From the NCBI RefSeq assembly GCF_009914755.1, contig NC_060925.1: a DNA stretch of 64,000 nt; one strand, written 5' to 3'. Both the position numbers and the translations under genes were made by a program. The notes under the pieces are model-generated. The model searched no databases. It was not told where the DNA came from and saw nothing but the letters and a program-made list of their open reading frames with translations. Of this stretch, positions 61,501-64,000 are shown piece by piece (within the stretch, counting starts at the first letter, position 1; each line of letters begins with the position of its first letter). Source of the DNA: the human T2T-CHM13v2.0 reference genome, Homo sapiens.

Positions 61501-63378
61501 TTCTTGCAGACTCATAAAGGTACTACCTTGATGGTCTTGGGCAAGATCCAGAAGAATTCTCTGGATTACCAGGCAGAGACTCTTGTTCTCTTCCCTTACT
61601 CTCTCCCAAGTGAATGGAATCTTTTTCTCTGTTCTGAGCCACTTGGAGCTGTGGGTGGTGTGACACAAGCACCCCTGTGGCCATGATGACTAGGGCCGTA
61701 CTAGGTCACACCTGAAGCCAGCACAGCACCGGGTCTCACCTAAGGCCTGCTGTAACTTCCTGGCTACAGTCTATAATTAATTCGTAAAGGCCATGGGGCT
61801 CTACAGTCAGCAGGTGGCAAAGCCAGCAAGGCTTGTGTCCTTCCCTTCAGGGTAGTGAATTCCTGCTGGCCCTGGGCAGGACCAGAAGTGCTATCTGGAA
61901 GCCAGCAACTAGAGTAAAAAACCTTAGAAGTCTGCCTGGTGTTTTCTTATACTGCAGCTAAGCTGGAACTCAAACCACAAGACACAGTCCTTCCTACTCT
62001 TCCCTCCCCTTTCCAAAGACAGAGGAGCCTCACCCCATGGTCACCACCATGTCTAGCCCACAGGGAATACTGCCAGACTAATAATGTTGTTCCCTTAAGG
62101 CCCAAGGGCTCTTTAGTCAGCTTGTGGTGAATGCTACCTGGCCTTGGACTCACCCTTCAGGGCAGTGGGCTCCCATCTGACTCAGGGCAAGTCCAGAAAT
62201 ACCATCCAAGAGTCAAGTCCTGCAATCTAGGACCCCAAGAGCCTGCTTGATGTTCTACACCCCTGTGGCAGTGTCGGTACCTAAGGTGCAAGACAAATGA
62301 TATTTGAATAAATAGAAAAAGCAATATCCTTTGCTTTTTCTTCTGCTCTTCTCAAGTGGAAGGAGTTTTTCCCCATAGCCACCACAGCTGGTAATATGCT
62401 GAGTCTCACCTGAAGCCAGCAAGTCTTATAGGCTCACTCATGGCCTTTAACATAGTACCTGGGTATCACTGCTGGTTATTCAGGGCTCAAGGGCTCTTCA
62501 GTTAGCAGAGGAGGAATACTGCCAGAACTGAGTGCTTCTCTTCAAGGCAGCAGGTTTTCTTCTGGCCCAGGGTATGTCTAGGAATGTCATCCAGGAGCTA
62601 GGGCCTCGAATAAGAGCCTCATGATGCTGACTGATGCCCTATCCTGCTGTGGCTAAGCTGGTATCTAAGATGCAAGAAAAAGTCCTCCTCACTCTTACCT
62701 CTCCTCTCCTCAAGCAGAAGGAAGGGGTCTCTTTTGGAGCTGAGCAGCCTGGGTTTAGGGGAGAGGTGATACCCACACTCCCTTAGCTGCCCCTGGCTGG
62801 TGTCTCAGTAGGTTGCATGCCCCATCAGTCCACTGTCTCTGGGCCCAGTTCAGCACTAGGACTTGCCTGGAAGTTCCAGTCCTTGTGGCCTAGACTGCCT
62901 TTCAAGTTTATGTAGGGCCCCAAAGCATGTTAACCTGTGATGGCTAGGCTTATGGGAACTGAAGTTTGCACCACTGGGATTGGTGATTCCCCTCTTGCTA
63001 TGGCTGATTTAATTGCTCTCTCCATGGGCGGGCATCCGCTGACTTTTGTCTGGTTTTGTTTTCTGTTTTAATAGGGCAGCACTGAGTACATTGCCTCACT
63101 GATGCTGCAATAAATATCCCTTTCCCCAGCACGAAGAAACACTGTCTGCACCAGGCTGCTGCTGCCAGGGGATAGAGCAGGGGCATTGTTGGTGATTCGA
63201 GAAGGTTTTTCCCACCTCTTCAGTGACTCTTTCAGCGATATGAAGTTAAAACCAGGTACTAAGAGTGTTCACCTGATTTTTGGTTCTTATGAAGGTGCTT
63301 CTTGTGTGTAGATAGGTGTCCTTGTGGCAGGGGGTTGGGGGGTTGATTGGTGGAGCCTTCTACCCCACCATCTTGCTC
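58517..63378 (-). mobile_element. L1MA-type element with 5'UTR, internal deletion, and inverted 3' end (58517-58872 on +)
   Basis: 5' end GAGCAAGATGGTGG at ~63378; ORF1 remnant 60858-61061; ORF2 remnants 59311-59565 and 59769-59960; 3'UTR in the opposite orientation. Confidence 0.88.
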
Positions 63379-63779
63379 ATCAATACACCATTAATCAAAA
63401 AGAACTGGGTGAATATCCTGACTTTGTTATCTGTATGAATGTATGTCTTCTAATCTCAAGATATTAAAATACATACCTTGCAGAACCATGGGGGATGAAG
63501 GATCATTTATAAATCAGTAAGCATGAGACAAAATATGCTCTTAACAAATAGCTTCTATTATAAGTAATATATAAAGTACATATTTCCAAAGGGTTGTTAA
63601 GTATGGTCACACACTGAATCCCCCGCCTCCTCTAAAGCATTTATCCAATAGTAAGTATCCATTAAGTAAGGGGAATTTTGAAATATGAATTAAGAAAGTA
63701 AATATTACATGGAATGAGCTCTGCTTATGGCCAAATATAGTGTTAGACAATATCCATATGTCACCTCATCAAACTCTAG

Positions 63780-63882
63780 TGCCTTGATTATGCATTAAAT
63801 AAGGCTTCCCTAAACAAAATACTTTCAAATATTCCTTTATTTGGTTGCCCTGAGTTTTTACATTCTTGTCCGGTATATTGTG
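63780..63882 (+). pseudogene. Pseudo-exon near the window end
   Basis: ctctag|ALIMH*IRLP*TKYFQIFLYLVALSFYILVRYIV|gtaaga. Confidence 0.4.
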
Positions 63883-64000
63883 GTAAGATTCTGGATGTAT
63901 TAGGGACATATGCTTAAATTTTTTTCTTTTTGAAATAAGAGTAAGTCTACTGTGAAAAGGGAAATGGGAAAGAAGAACCTACATTATGCTAAGAAAGGGC

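Overview
AT-rich primate (probably human or great ape) genomic DNA. Well over half is interspersed repeat: nested old L1M elements, four L1PA and one L1PB, about 16 Alus, MaLR/ERVL LTR pieces, MER DNA transposons, MIR and L2. There is no intact protein-coding gene, RNA gene or CRISPR array; the long ORFs in the track are L1 ORF1/ORF2 remnants or microsatellite artefacts. The main finding is that the short non-repeat islands hold about 25 AG..GT-bounded, often phase-compatible + strand segments. They translate, with many stops and frameshifts, into repeated A-x7-LL-x3-F/L-xx-W(K/R)-like motifs, the Sfi1/centrin-binding repeat. This suggests a large decayed multi-exon SFI1-repeat-like gene (unitary pseudogene candidate) spanning the whole window. 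Other notable structures: a non-TE retro-insertion flanked by a perfect 19-bp TSD, a captured MIR-bearing segment inside a younger L1, a perfect 56-bp MER45-derived palindrome, several microhomology-junction L1 deletions and inversions, and a strong CTCF motif. Repeat subfamily names are from recall of consensus sequences, and most repeat boundaries are approximate.
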